Virus record (IMG/VR): IMGVR_UViG_3300028569_002824
Location: 60,474 to 124,473 of that record
Direction: 5' to 3' (one strand)
From: a virus
Length of the DNA stretch: 64,000 nt
Below are positions 19,768 through 29,685 of this stretch, in pieces; position 1 is the first letter of the stretch, and every line of letters begins with the position of its first letter. Both the position numbers and the translations under genes were made by a program. The notes below the pieces were generated by a model. The model was not told the DNA's origin, did not search any database, and saw only the letters and a list, made by a program, of their open reading frames with translations.

Positions 19768-20419
19768 AAATTGCTTTTTTAATTTTATCCATTAAATCAC
19801 CATCGGTTGTAATGTCTCCGCTAACAACATTGGATGGGGTTTGCTTTTTTATAAAGTTCTGTATAATTTCTTGTTTATTTAAAACCCTGGTTCGTATTTT
19901 AGGAGCAACCTCCTCATCTTTATTTTCAGCAAAATCTGCACGAATTGAGCTAGACACTATGTTGTCAATGTTTCTAGTCAGATTAATATACACCACTCTA
20001 TCATAGTATTTGTTTAGCACATTTAAAAAACTTAAATCAGCAAACAAGTCCCACCGTATCTCTTTAAATCCAGTAACGGGCGAGTTAAAACATCTGAGTA
20101 AATATTTTTCTGCGCTATTTTTAACATTCTCGTGAAAGTGAGCATCAAAATAAAATTCGTTTCCAATATACGAAGAAGCTTTGTGAAGCTGACGGTTAAG
20201 TGCTTCCGAAGAAACCGTTTTCGGGGAATACATAACTGCTGGGTGTTTACGTATATGGTCTGTTCTATTACTTATTCTGAACAATAGATTTAACAAACAC
20301 AAGGTAGAGCCCATATCTTCTCCAAATATATTCACGCCGCTGTGTTCATTCAATTTATTCATTACAAAGGTAGAACCACATCTACCGGCTCCCATAATTA
20401 CCACAAACGTTGATTTCAC
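19748..20419 (-). CDS. sulfotransferase (P-loop-like GxxRxGST type)
   Basis: GAGRCGSTF, GFKEIRW, LTRNIDNIVSS. Confidence 0.75.
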   Translation of the reverse strand: MKSTFVVIMGAGRCGSTFVMNKLNEHSGVNIFGEDMGSTLCLLNLLFRISNRTDHIRKHPAVMYSPKTVSSEALNRQLHKASSYIGNEFYFDAHFHENVKNSAEKYLLRCFNSPVTGFKEIRWDLFADLSFLNVLNKYYDRVVYINLTRNIDNIVSSSIRADFAENKDEEVAPKIRTRVLNKQEIIQNFIKKQTPSNVVSGDITTDGDLMDKIKKAIYDVSCY

Positions 20420-20428
20420 AGCGTTGAT

Positions 20429-22288
20429 TTAATATGTTTCTGGCTGTAACAGGGTATCAATTAATTTACTTATATTTTCAGCAGGCAATTGCCAAAGATG
20501 ACCAATGCCTCCGTCAATATCCGACGCAGAATATAACGGGTTTATATCCACACACGGATAATTAATACACTTCAATTTAACTGCTTGATCACATTTAGGG
20601 TCGCAACACATAGACAGAAACTTATCAGCAGGCGCAATAATACTGTGTGGTAAGTATGTGCGCTCTTTTGCTTTTATTCTTTTGGTTCGTTTGACTTCCA
20701 TTACTCCAGGAGCTTCGTTGTGGATAACATACTCAAGATATTCTGGGTGGTGTGTAGCCTCTATTAATTTTTCTGCTCCTTTTAAACTGACTATATAACT
20801 CTCTGTTCCATGAAACATCAACCTGTGCTCTGGCTTAACATAGCTGAATCGTTTGTTTAATTGTACTAACTCATATCCACTAAGATTCACTAAGCAATTA
20901 TTTAAAAAATTAGTCAGAGAGGTCATGTCTGCATCATCCTCAGTAATAAGAGTATAAGGAATTTGCTCTTTTACTATTTGTTGCCATATTAGATAGTGAC
21001 TCAAATAACAGCCAACAGCTCCTGGAGCTCCTTTAAAATATAAGTCATACGTCAGTGTTGCTGGTCTGACGTGTAACCCGTATTGTTCACATATTAGCGG
21101 GTCTTTACGGGTATCAATGGCTTCGAACTTTCGAGTTGACGGAATCGACTCAGAAAACAATTTCCATCTATCTTGTTTTTCTGCCAAAGTAACACAGAAT
21201 ACACTGTTTACAACAGGTGCTGCGTCAAACGTTACACGTGTTACGTGTTTATTTTTATTCTCAGAGTTGTATTTAAATCGATTTATTCCTACATTGGGCT
21301 GATGGCAAATTAATCTGTTGTCGTAATTTGTCTTGGCCTTGTCAACAACTCGATACTTGCTGGTCCTTAGCTTGTCGTCATGATTAATATGAGAAACAAA
21401 CAATCTAGCATCACTCCAAATTACCTCTTTAATTCTTGGCTTTGTTTCCACTATTCGCCTAGCCAAATCCAAATCATCAAATCCCCAGCCAGTTAAATCT
21501 TCTCTGTAAAAAACAAAATCGCGTTTGTCACAAAACAACAATCCACTCATTGAGTGGCCAAATCTCCAATCTCCTCTTATAAAAAAACACTCACGAGAGT
21601 CATAAGATGAGCTATTTAAATTATCTAACCAGTCTCCATTTAAACAAAGGTGATCACAGTCTACTTTTAATATTTTATCATTGGTAGCAAAATCGAATGC
21701 TATATTATATGCTTTACCTAAATTAAAGGTAGATTCTCCTTCAACTCTAATCAGTTTAATTTGTCCGCTTTTGATCCATTTTTGTATTTTAGAATTCATC
21801 TCAAGCGGAATTTCTGAACTATAATCAACCAATACAATTTCAGTAATCAGCGAAAGTCCCATCCAAGACTCTAAACATTGAATTAAATGATCTTCTCTAT
21901 CCATGCACGCTACTACCAATGAAATTTGAATGTCAGTTGTTTTAACGTGACTTTTTATTGAAATTAATTGTGCTTGATTTGTGTCGTTTACCCAAGCACG
22001 CAAGCGGGATAATTCACACAGCACTTCCTTGTCAATATCTGTATGTTGACCGTTACTTACATCGTCACACTTACTTAAAATTAAGCTGACCAACTGATGT
22101 TTCTTCATTTGTACAAGAAGCGATCCAACCGAAACAAGAGTCTTTACGTCATTATTAGGAATGGTGCTAATCCAATCTTTTAATTCTGTTAAATTGTGTT
22201 GTCTGTTCTTAATTTGTACAGAAACTGTCTCACTCATTTCTTTTGCGATTTGGCTTGCATTAACGTTTGTTGATATTTCTGCTGTCAT
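20429..22288 (-). CDS. GT2/GT7-like plus GT25 fusion glycosyltransferase
   Basis: ACMDR, VDYSS, KVDCD, GWGFDD; then GAVGCYLSH and ITEDDA. Confidence 0.8.
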   Translation of the reverse strand: MTAEISTNVNASQIAKEMSETVSVQIKNRQHNLTELKDWISTIPNNDVKTLVSVGSLLVQMKKHQLVSLILSKCDDVSNGQHTDIDKEVLCELSRLRAWVNDTNQAQLISIKSHVKTTDIQISLVVACMDREDHLIQCLESWMGLSLITEIVLVDYSSEIPLEMNSKIQKWIKSGQIKLIRVEGESTFNLGKAYNIAFDFATNDKILKVDCDHLCLNGDWLDNLNSSSYDSRECFFIRGDWRFGHSMSGLLFCDKRDFVFYREDLTGWGFDDLDLARRIVETKPRIKEVIWSDARLFVSHINHDDKLRTSKYRVVDKAKTNYDNRLICHQPNVGINRFKYNSENKNKHVTRVTFDAAPVVNSVFCVTLAEKQDRWKLFSESIPSTRKFEAIDTRKDPLICEQYGLHVRPATLTYDLYFKGAPGAVGCYLSHYLIWQQIVKEQIPYTLITEDDADMTSLTNFLNNCLVNLSGYELVQLNKRFSYVKPEHRLMFHGTESYIVSLKGAEKLIEATHHPEYLEYVIHNEAPGVMEVKRTKRIKAKERTYLPHSIIAPADKFLSMCCDPKCDQAVKLKCINYPCVDINPLYSASDIDGGIGHLWQLPAENISKLIDTLLQPETY

Positions 22289-22295
22289 ATACCTT

Positions 22296-22324
22296 ATATT
22301 AAGAATAGTATATTGCTAAATCAA
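22296..22324 (-). promoter_or_regulatory. sigma70-like promoter of the minus-strand glycan operon
   Basis: TTGATT-17-TAATAT, 7 nt before ATG. Confidence 0.6.
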
Positions 22325-22345
22325 CACATCAAACAGAACGTAGTC

Positions 22346-22373
22346 TTGAATTTTTTATAAATTACATTAAGAT
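22346..22373 (+). promoter_or_regulatory. sigma70-like promoter of clpC
   Basis: TTGAAT-16-TAAGAT, 6 nt before ATG. Confidence 0.55.
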
Positions 22374-22379
22374 TAAATT

Positions 22380-24908
22380 ATGTCCCAAAACTTTACTCCT
22401 CGAGCACAACAATCGTTAGCGTTAGCTAGAAAAGAAGCAGAAGCTCTTAATCATAATTATATCGGTACTGAACACTTGTTACTCGGTCTCCTCAAGCTCG
22501 GTCAAGGATTAGCGCTAAAAGTTCTGCAATCAATGGGTGTAGGCTCAGAAGAGGTGTATGAGCTGATAAAAGAAAATACAGAGCCGAGTGAAAATCAACC
22601 GAAACAATTAAAAGGAGAAAACATTCCGGTTACTCCGCGAGTTAAAAAGGTGCTAAGCATCGCTCAAAAGGAATCAGTAAAAATGGGACATACTTACATT
22701 GGTACGGAACATTTGCTGCTAGGATTACTCAGGGAAGAGGAAGGAATTGCTGCAAAAATTTTACTTCAGGATTTTGGCATAAGTTTCGAAGAAGTTAAAG
22801 AGCAAATTTTAAGAGAGATTGATCCAAATTATCAGAACAGCGAACCCGTTTTAGCAGGAGGAGAAGAAACTTCACAAAAACATCAATCAAAAAAAACTCC
22901 AGCATTAAAAGCGTATGGAACAGACTTAACTGAGCTAGCCGAGAAGGGAGAGTTGGACCCTGTTATAGGAAGAGAAAGTGAGATTGAGAGGACGATACAA
23001 ATTTTGTGCAGAAGAACTAAAAATAATCCAGTTTTAATAGGTGAAGCGGGCGTTGGAAAGACATCAATAGCCGAGGGTCTTGCTATTGAAATAGTATCAA
23101 AAAACGTACCTGATCTATTATTAAACAAGAAAATAATAACATTAGATTTAACCTCATTAGTTGCGGGCACTATATACAGAGGACAGTTCGAAGAAAGAAT
23201 CAAGTCTGTAATGAACGAGGTAAAGAAAAACAAAAACATAATTTTGTTTATAGACGAAATACACATGATGGTCGGGGCAGGTTCTGCTTCCGGCTCTATG
23301 GATGCATCTAATATATTTAAACCAGCTTTAAGTAGAGGGGAATTACAATTGATTGGAGCAACGACGTTAGCGGAATACAGAAAATATATAGAAAAGGATG
23401 CTGCTCTTGAGCGAAGATTTCAGCAAGTTAAAGTAGAAGCTCCAAGTATATCTCAAACAACACAAATCTTAAAAGGAATTAGAGCAAAATATGAACAACA
23501 CCATAATGCTAAATTTACAGATGAATCACTAGAAGCAGCTTCTGTGTTATCAGAGAGATATATTACCGACAGGTTTCTTCCAGATAAAGCAATTGATCTA
23601 ATCGATGAGGCAGGATCAAGAGCCAGAATAACATCAAGAGTGCGCCCTCCAAATCTTACCGACATTGAAAATTTAATTAAAGAGATGAGCGAGAAGAAGC
23701 AACAAGCCATCAAAAACCAAGAATTTGAACAAGCAGCTTTATTTAGAGATAAAGAGAGGAAAGCAAATACTGAGATGCAGAATTCTATAGCTCAGTGGAA
23801 TAAAAACAACAAAGAAACGGTCGTTGTTGTAGACAAAGATGACATTGCACAAGTGATTGCTAAATGGACAGGAATACCATTGTCTAGAATAGATCAAACT
23901 GAAGCAGACAAAATACTAAACATGGAAGCGGAGTTAAGCAAACGGATTATTGGTCAACCTGATGCAATCGATGTTGTGTGTAAGGCAATTCGAAGAGCTA
24001 GAGCTGATTTAAAAGATCCAAAAAGACCAATAGGTAGCTTTTTGTTTCTTGGTCCAACGGGTGTTGGAAAAACGTTTTTAGCTAAAGGTATTGCAGAAAT
24101 AATTTTTGGAACAAAAGATTCAATTATACAAATAGATATGAGTGAATATATGGAAAAATTCTCAGTATCAAGATTGATCGGATCTCCTCCCGGTTATATT
24201 GGATATGAAGATGGTGGACAACTTACTGAAAAGGTCCGCAGAAAACCGTATTCCGTGGTTTTATTTGATGAAGTTGAAAAGGCCCATCCAGAGGCATTGA
24301 ATTTGTTGTTACAAATATTCGAGGAAGGAACGATTACAGACTCGATTGGTAGAAAGATAGACTTCAGAAATACGGTTATAATATTAACATCTAATGTTGG
24401 AGCAACAATGGCCGTTAAACAAACTAGTCTCGGATTTGGAATAAAGGAAGAACCATCAGGCAGCTATGATATAATGAAAGAAAAGACAATGGTAGAAGCA
24501 AAATCGTTTTTTAAACCCGAATTATTAAATCGAATTGATAGTGTTGTTGTTTTTAAGTCTCTCAGAAAAGAGGACTTAAAAAAAGTAGTTGAGTTAGAAT
24601 CAGATCAACTCATCATGCGCCTCAAAGAGAATAAAGATATAGAATTAGTTTTAGATGAATCTGCAAAGGAGTTTGTTGCAGAAAAGGGATTTAGCACAGA
24701 ATATGGAGCACGTCCAATTAGACGCGCTGTTGAAACTTATTTGGAAGATCCTATAGCAGAAGAATTACTTAAAGAACACATAAAAAGTAAAGACAAAGTT
24801 ACAGCAAGCTGTGTTGACGGTAAAATAGTTTTTATTAAAAAAGATGTTTTTGTTGATCTGCCTGCAAACAAACGCAACCCTTCAAAAAAATTAAAAAATC
24901 CAAAATAA
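22380..24908 (+). CDS. clpC: ATP-dependent Clp protease ATP-binding subunit ClpC
   Basis: Two Clp-N repeats (GTEHLLLGL), Walker A GEAGVGKT and GPTGVGKT, UVR-like middle domain, LGF ClpP-docking loop, GARPIRR. Confidence 0.95.
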   Translation: MSQNFTPRAQQSLALARKEAEALNHNYIGTEHLLLGLLKLGQGLALKVLQSMGVGSEEVYELIKENTEPSENQPKQLKGENIPVTPRVKKVLSIAQKESVKMGHTYIGTEHLLLGLLREEEGIAAKILLQDFGISFEEVKEQILREIDPNYQNSEPVLAGGEETSQKHQSKKTPALKAYGTDLTELAEKGELDPVIGRESEIERTIQILCRRTKNNPVLIGEAGVGKTSIAEGLAIEIVSKNVPDLLLNKKIITLDLTSLVAGTIYRGQFEERIKSVMNEVKKNKNIILFIDEIHMMVGAGSASGSMDASNIFKPALSRGELQLIGATTLAEYRKYIEKDAALERRFQQVKVEAPSISQTTQILKGIRAKYEQHHNAKFTDESLEAASVLSERYITDRFLPDKAIDLIDEAGSRARITSRVRPPNLTDIENLIKEMSEKKQQAIKNQEFEQAALFRDKERKANTEMQNSIAQWNKNNKETVVVVDKDDIAQVIAKWTGIPLSRIDQTEADKILNMEAELSKRIIGQPDAIDVVCKAIRRARADLKDPKRPIGSFLFLGPTGVGKTFLAKGIAEIIFGTKDSIIQIDMSEYMEKFSVSRLIGSPPGYIGYEDGGQLTEKVRRKPYSVVLFDEVEKAHPEALNLLLQIFEEGTITDSIGRKIDFRNTVIILTSNVGATMAVKQTSLGFGIKEEPSGSYDIMKEKTMVEAKSFFKPELLNRIDSVVVFKSLRKEDLKKVVELESDQLIMRLKENKDIELVLDESAKEFVAEKGFSTEYGARPIRRAVETYLEDPIAEELLKEHIKSKDKVTASCVDGKIVFIKKDVFVDLPANKRNPSKKLKNPK

Positions 24909-25714
24909 TGAATTTTAATAATTCAGATCTGAATTTAGCTTTAAGCAAGATTACTGATCCAACTGTTGTGATAACGTTCGTTGATAAGGAGTACGTTCAG
25001 TTGCTTGCTGTGTTTTCTTTTTTTTGGACAAAATTAAAAATTAGTAATTTATTGATAATTTGTTTGGATCAAATATCGTTGGACAGAGTAACAAAGTTGG
25101 GATTGTTGGGAGTACACATTCCTTATCAAATACGCAATCGTCATTGTTTTTGGAGGGAGCGTTTCGAAATTATTAATATTATTTTCAAAAAAACTAAAAA
25201 GCATATCGTACATACAGATATTGATTGTTTTTGGTTTAAAAATATCATTCCTCAACTAGAAACAGATGATGGGGATATATTTTACTCTAGAGGAAACACA
25301 TATCCCAAAGATATAGCCGAAACATACGGATTTGTATTGTGTTGTGGGTTCTTTTTTGTGAAATATCACACTCACACAAAGGAATATTTTGACGATATAC
25401 TAACAAACAGCAATTCAAAGGACGATCAAGTAATGACTAATACGTACGTTTTAAATAACGCTGAATCGATTACAAAGATTGTGTCTGTCGATAGAATGTT
25501 TGATGAGGTAATTATACTAAAAGAAAGAACAATTAAAACGATAAGACAAAATATTATTCCCAGATGGCATGGGGGAATTAGAGAAGCTAGCTTATTTCAT
25601 CCGTTTTTGACTGGACCCATTAATGAAAAGGTTGATACAATTACAAATCAATTATTGCACTACTTGAATGAAAACTCTCTATACAACGAATTTAAAAATT
25701 TGACTGTATGTTAA
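24908..25714 (+). CDS. nucleotide-diphospho-sugar transferase (GT77-like)
   Basis: HTDIDCFWFKN, LCCGFFFV, DDQ. Confidence 0.75.
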   Translation: MNFNNSDLNLALSKITDPTVVITFVDKEYVQLLAVFSFFWTKLKISNLLIICLDQISLDRVTKLGLLGVHIPYQIRNRHCFWRERFEIINIIFKKTKKHIVHTDIDCFWFKNIIPQLETDDGDIFYSRGNTYPKDIAETYGFVLCCGFFFVKYHTHTKEYFDDILTNSNSKDDQVMTNTYVLNNAESITKIVSVDRMFDEVIILKERTIKTIRQNIIPRWHGGIREASLFHPFLTGPINEKVDTITNQLLHYLNENSLYNEFKNLTVC

Positions 25715-25716
25715 GA

Positions 25717-25920
25717 TTAAAGTTTCACACTATGAGGAAAAGCGCGAAAACCGTTCTTCCTCCACGTTCCACGGTAACGTGTGATCCACTCTACCAGGGC
25801 CCTGTCGAATCCAATATCGCTTCCTAATTTTTCGCTTTCAATCCATTTGTGTCGCAATATTTCGTCTCGCTCAGCAAGAAATTCTCGGTATATACTACTT
25901 TCTGTTATATAGTGTTCCAT
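25717..25920 (-). CDS. DUF4032-like small protein
   Basis: EILRHKWIESEKLGSDIGFDRALVEW. Confidence 0.75.
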   Translation of the reverse strand: MEHYITESSIYREFLAERDEILRHKWIESEKLGSDIGFDRALVEWITRYRGTWRKNGFRAFPHSVKL

Positions 25921-25961
25921 TTCAATTTTAAATATGTTGTGGTATAAAAGACTATATTTAA

Positions 25962-26153
25962 TTAATCTAAAAATCCTTCAACTTCTAAGTAATGTATTAA
26001 TCTGCTTGTTGCTATAATCGTTAAAGCATTAGTTGGCTTTATCTTAACGTTGGGTGGTTTGCCTGTGTTGGTCATGTGTTTTGCGTCAGAGGGTAATATA
26101 AATAATTGCAGATCTACGTCGTTAAATCTAAAAGGAAACCAAACTTCTTTCAT
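25962..26153 (-). CDS. hypothetical protein
   Basis: ATAAGTA 8 nt upstream; ends YLEVEGFLD. Confidence 0.55.
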   Translation of the reverse strand: MKEVWFPFRFNDVDLQLFILPSDAKHMTNTGKPPNVKIKPTNALTIIATSRLIHYLEVEGFLD

Positions 26154-26267
26154 AGTATATATACTTATTATTTTAACTCCTGTTTATGCAATTTGACCCG
26201 ACCAATAGTGTCATAATAACGCGCTTATAGCTGTAGCACTTGAATTCGATTTCGCTTAATTAATCCC

Positions 26268-26483
26268 ATGAAAACGCGTTCAAAAACCTTATCCGACAAT
26301 GCAATCCCTCTTGATGCTGAAACAATTAAAGAAAACATCAGAAAAAAAGTCAAAAATTCACTTGCAGATGCTTTAATTGAGCTGCTAAACATTCTTAATG
26401 CGGACTACAATCTACAAAGTAGTAAAAAATCAGAACGAGTGATTAACGTAATACATCAAATACACGCATTTGCATCGCAATAG
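26268..26483 (+). CDS. hypothetical protein
   Basis: 71 aa ORF heading a + strand run. Confidence 0.55.
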   Translation: MKTRSKTLSDNAIPLDAETIKENIRKKVKNSLADALIELLNILNADYNLQSSKKSERVINVIHQIHAFASQ

Positions 26484-26504
26484 ATAAAACAGTCCCACTC
26501 GATA

Positions 26505-27419
26505 ATGAATATTGACTACCCCATAGTATCTATAATTACAGCTGTAAAAAACAGAGAGAGCGTAATTAACCGTTGTGTACAATCTGTAAATGATCAAACA
26601 TATACAAACATTCAACACGTTATAGTAGACGGAAATTCCACAGACAACACAAAATCAATATTATTAAATTCTGATTTACGCCACCAAACGGTGTTTACGT
26701 CAGAAGATGATTTAGGTATATACGACGCTATTAATAAAGGAATTAAATTGTCAGAAGGGAATTTTTTGTTGATACTTGGTTCTGATGATTGGTTAGAGCC
26801 AACAGGAATCCGTATTCTGATGGATAGCATAAAGCACAACGATGCTGATTTTGCAGTGGGATCAGCAATGGTGCGTTCCGCTATAAATCCTCAGCTAAAC
26901 AAACTATGGAAAATCAACAATTTTGATTTTAGATTACTCACTAGTGGAATGCCATTTTCTCATCAGTCATTATTAGCATCAAGAGATTGTTATGAGGTAT
27001 GCGGATTATATAACATGGCCTATAAGATATCAGCTGATTACGAATGGGTAAAATCTTTGTTTTTAAAAAAACTGAAGATTGCGATAGTTGAAGAATGTGT
27101 AGTAAACGTCTCAGCAGACGGTATATCTGCTAATAGTTCTCTTTGGAAACAAGAGCACCAAGAACAAATATATGAACATTACAAAAATCCTCTATTGTTG
27201 CGCTCTATAATGAGTTACATTGAATATATGAACGGCGAACGTCAACTAGAAGAGCAAGAGATCCGTAAAATAATATCAGAATCTACAAACATTGATATTA
27301 CTAAATCGATTGCGTTAATAATGTTAGATCGACTATGTAGAAAAACCCATCACAATCCTCTTAATATCGACCTGAAACAACTTAATTTAAATCAAACGAG
27401 AAATAATCATTCTAAATGA
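26505..27419 (+). CDS. glycosyltransferase family 2 (WcaE/WfgS-like)
   Basis: VSIITAVKN, VDGNSTDNT, GIYDAINKG, LGSDD, ISADYEW. Confidence 0.9.
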   Translation: MNIDYPIVSIITAVKNRESVINRCVQSVNDQTYTNIQHVIVDGNSTDNTKSILLNSDLRHQTVFTSEDDLGIYDAINKGIKLSEGNFLLILGSDDWLEPTGIRILMDSIKHNDADFAVGSAMVRSAINPQLNKLWKINNFDFRLLTSGMPFSHQSLLASRDCYEVCGLYNMAYKISADYEWVKSLFLKKLKIAIVEECVVNVSADGISANSSLWKQEHQEQIYEHYKNPLLLRSIMSYIEYMNGERQLEEQEIRKIISESTNIDITKSIALIMLDRLCRKTHHNPLNIDLKQLNLNQTRNNHSK

Positions 27420-28210
27420 ATTGTCACAAAATAACAGCATCGAATCTCATTGTGTTATGGGGTCAAAAGTGTGGAGCTACTCATTTGAAAGAAATTTTAA
27501 TGCACATTGAGTCAGGGTCATATTATAACAATATAGGCAATGATCACGTAACTCATAGTATATATCAACGATATTATAAAAGCCCCTTAGAAGATAATCT
27601 TGATCAATATACAAATAATGAGGTGTTGTTATTTGGTCGAAATCCCTACTATAGAATATTGTCTTTGTATGTAGACAAATATGTAATGACAAATTCACCA
27701 ACGCCGGATATAGGAGATCGTATACAAACATTTAATGAATTTATTCAAGGACTAGCCAATACGGGGTTTGATAGTCGAGAATCACACCGACGTATATTTT
27801 CCGGCTTCTTTCCTTTAACTAAAAGTCGGTATTTTAATTTTTACAACTCTCATTGTCACATTAAACCAATATTGCTTGATGAAAACATAATACCGGATGC
27901 AAAGCTTACACATAATATAGATGCAATTAAATTATTATACGATTTATCGGGACGCTCAGACAAATACAGCGAGGTTCAACTCTTATTTGAAAAACAATGG
28001 AGCGTGAAACAAAATAAAAAGACCGAAAAATGTGACCTTTATGCCGACCTTGAACATGCACCATTGAACGAGTTAAGAGAGATATTAAAAACACACCGCC
28101 TAAATTGTGAGAGTTTTTTTTCTCCAACACTCAAAGAACAATTTGAGTTATTATATCAAGAAGAGTTTAGTTTATACTCGAAATGGGGAATAAAGTTTGG
28201 TCTGAAATAA
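27416..28210 (+). CDS. sulfotransferase family 2-like protein
   Basis: WGQKCGATHL, FGRNPYYRILS. Confidence 0.7.
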   Translation: MNCHKITASNLIVLWGQKCGATHLKEILMHIESGSYYNNIGNDHVTHSIYQRYYKSPLEDNLDQYTNNEVLLFGRNPYYRILSLYVDKYVMTNSPTPDIGDRIQTFNEFIQGLANTGFDSRESHRRIFSGFFPLTKSRYFNFYNSHCHIKPILLDENIIPDAKLTHNIDAIKLLYDLSGRSDKYSEVQLLFEKQWSVKQNKKTEKCDLYADLEHAPLNELREILKTHRLNCESFFSPTLKEQFELLYQEEFSLYSKWGIKFGLK

Positions 28211-28236
28211 CATACTGCCAATCCACCAAAATAAAG

Positions 28237-28265
28237 TTGTCTTTAAAGAGGGTTTAATATATTCT
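28237..28265 (+). promoter_or_regulatory. sigma70-like promoter
   Basis: TTGTCT-17-TATTCT, 6 nt before ATG. Confidence 0.55.
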
Positions 28266-28271
28266 TTACTT

Positions 28272-28802
28272 ATGAATATTTTTGTGACTAATATTAATCC
28301 TGTTATTGCAGCTCGTGAGCTATGTGACCAACATTGTCGTTCTAAAATGCAAATTGAATCTGCAATACTTCTCCAACATTGCTTTAACGATCAAATACTT
28401 TTAGCTGCTCCACCTACAAAAAAAGGACAACCTCGCAAGGCAGGCAAAGGGTATTTTAACCATCCTTGTGCTGTTTGGGTAAGAGAATCCAAACAAAACT
28501 TCGAATGGTTGGTTGAACACACTTTAGAAATGTTTAACGAACGAGATCGCCGATGGCCTCAATCTGCACCGCACTTTACAAAAACATTTATTGAATGGTG
28601 TAAAGATAATATAACCCGTACTGTTTATTGTAAGCAAGCAAAATTGACTCCGTTTGCTGTAGCTATCAACAAAGACTCAGTTTGTAGAACTCAAGTAGCA
28701 GGATTTTCTAATACTCCTATTACAGAACAATACCAGCGGTACATTAAGTTTGATAAGCCGTTTGCAACGTGGACCAACACCCCAAAGCCGCATTGGTATT
28801 AA
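28272..28802 (+). CDS. pyrimidine-dimer DNA glycosylase / endonuclease V-like protein
   Basis: MNIFV, LCDQH..KMQIESA, NHPCAVWVRES. Confidence 0.7.
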   Translation: MNIFVTNINPVIAARELCDQHCRSKMQIESAILLQHCFNDQILLAAPPTKKGQPRKAGKGYFNHPCAVWVRESKQNFEWLVEHTLEMFNERDRRWPQSAPHFTKTFIEWCKDNITRTVYCKQAKLTPFAVAINKDSVCRTQVAGFSNTPITEQYQRYIKFDKPFATWTNTPKPHWY

Positions 28803-29362
28803 TTATTGATGACGAAGGCTTCTGTAAGTTGTGCTTTTAAAAATAACGAAAGTGTCTTAGCATCGCTAAAACTATCTGTGCGCATTTCTACAGCAACTCC
28901 ACCAGCATCTCGCCAATGTTTTATATAAGGAGGAAAGTCATCAACTAATATGTTTGGTGAACCATCATCATCAATCGCGTAAACTGCTTTGTTTTGAGGA
29001 AATAATATTTCTACTGGTTGGGGACTCAAATGCTTTTTGATCCACGAAAGCTTTCCTTTTTTTGATTCGTCTCTGTCTATTGAAGCAGGACATGAGCATA
29101 TTTTATATTCTCCAGCAACAGAAACTGCAGCATTAATAACTGCTATGGTTTTGTCTTCAAATGTAGGAAGATTTGTAAAAAATTGTTGTACTCCTCCATG
29201 CTTTTTAAAAAACTTTGTTGCATCGCTCTTCGTTGTCCAAATTTTTTTAGCCTCGGTTTTCTCTTTTAGCGTTAGAACTTTATATGGCTTTTGATGAATT
29301 TCTTGAGCAACAAATCCAAATAAATCTGCAAGCACTCCATCCATATCTAAAAATATCTTCAT
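28799..29362 (-). CDS. HAD 5'(3')-deoxyribonucleotidase-like protein
   Basis: IFLDMDGVLADL, GKLSWI, ILVDD, WRDAGG. Confidence 0.85.
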   Translation of the reverse strand: MKIFLDMDGVLADLFGFVAQEIHQKPYKVLTLKEKTEAKKIWTTKSDATKFFKKHGGVQQFFTNLPTFEDKTIAVINAAVSVAGEYKICSCPASIDRDESKKGKLSWIKKHLSPQPVEILFPQNKAVYAIDDDGSPNILVDDFPPYIKHWRDAGGVAVEMRTDSFSDAKTLSLFLKAQLTEAFVINN

Positions 29363-29392
29363 TCAAATTAAGAAGGTATCTTTGGATATTTT

Positions 29393-29677
29393 TTACTTTG
29401 CATCAAATTCGGATTGCTTTTTTTTCCTAGCAAGTTGAGCGGCCTCTCTAGCTAATACTTCTACTTGTGGGTTTTTATTAACATCCTGTGGGAATTTCAG
29501 TCCAGCAGCTTCATACACAGCTTTTTTCGCTACTCGCCCCGCAATCCGTATTGCTTCTTCCTGGTTGATTGTATTTGTGAGGTCGGTTGGAGAGTTTACT
29601 GTCAACTCTACATCTTTTTGGTTCTGTTGTGGCTTACTTTTACTCGCAAAAAGTTGTGCTGTGGTTTGTGGTTTCAT
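29393..29677 (-). CDS. hypothetical protein
   Basis: ATG at 29677 with TATAAATA 5 nt upstream. Confidence 0.6.
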   Translation of the reverse strand: MKPQTTAQLFASKSKPQQNQKDVELTVNSPTDLTNTINQEEAIRIAGRVAKKAVYEAAGLKFPQDVNKNPQVEVLAREAAQLARKKKQSEFDAK

Positions 29678-29685
29678 GAGTATAT

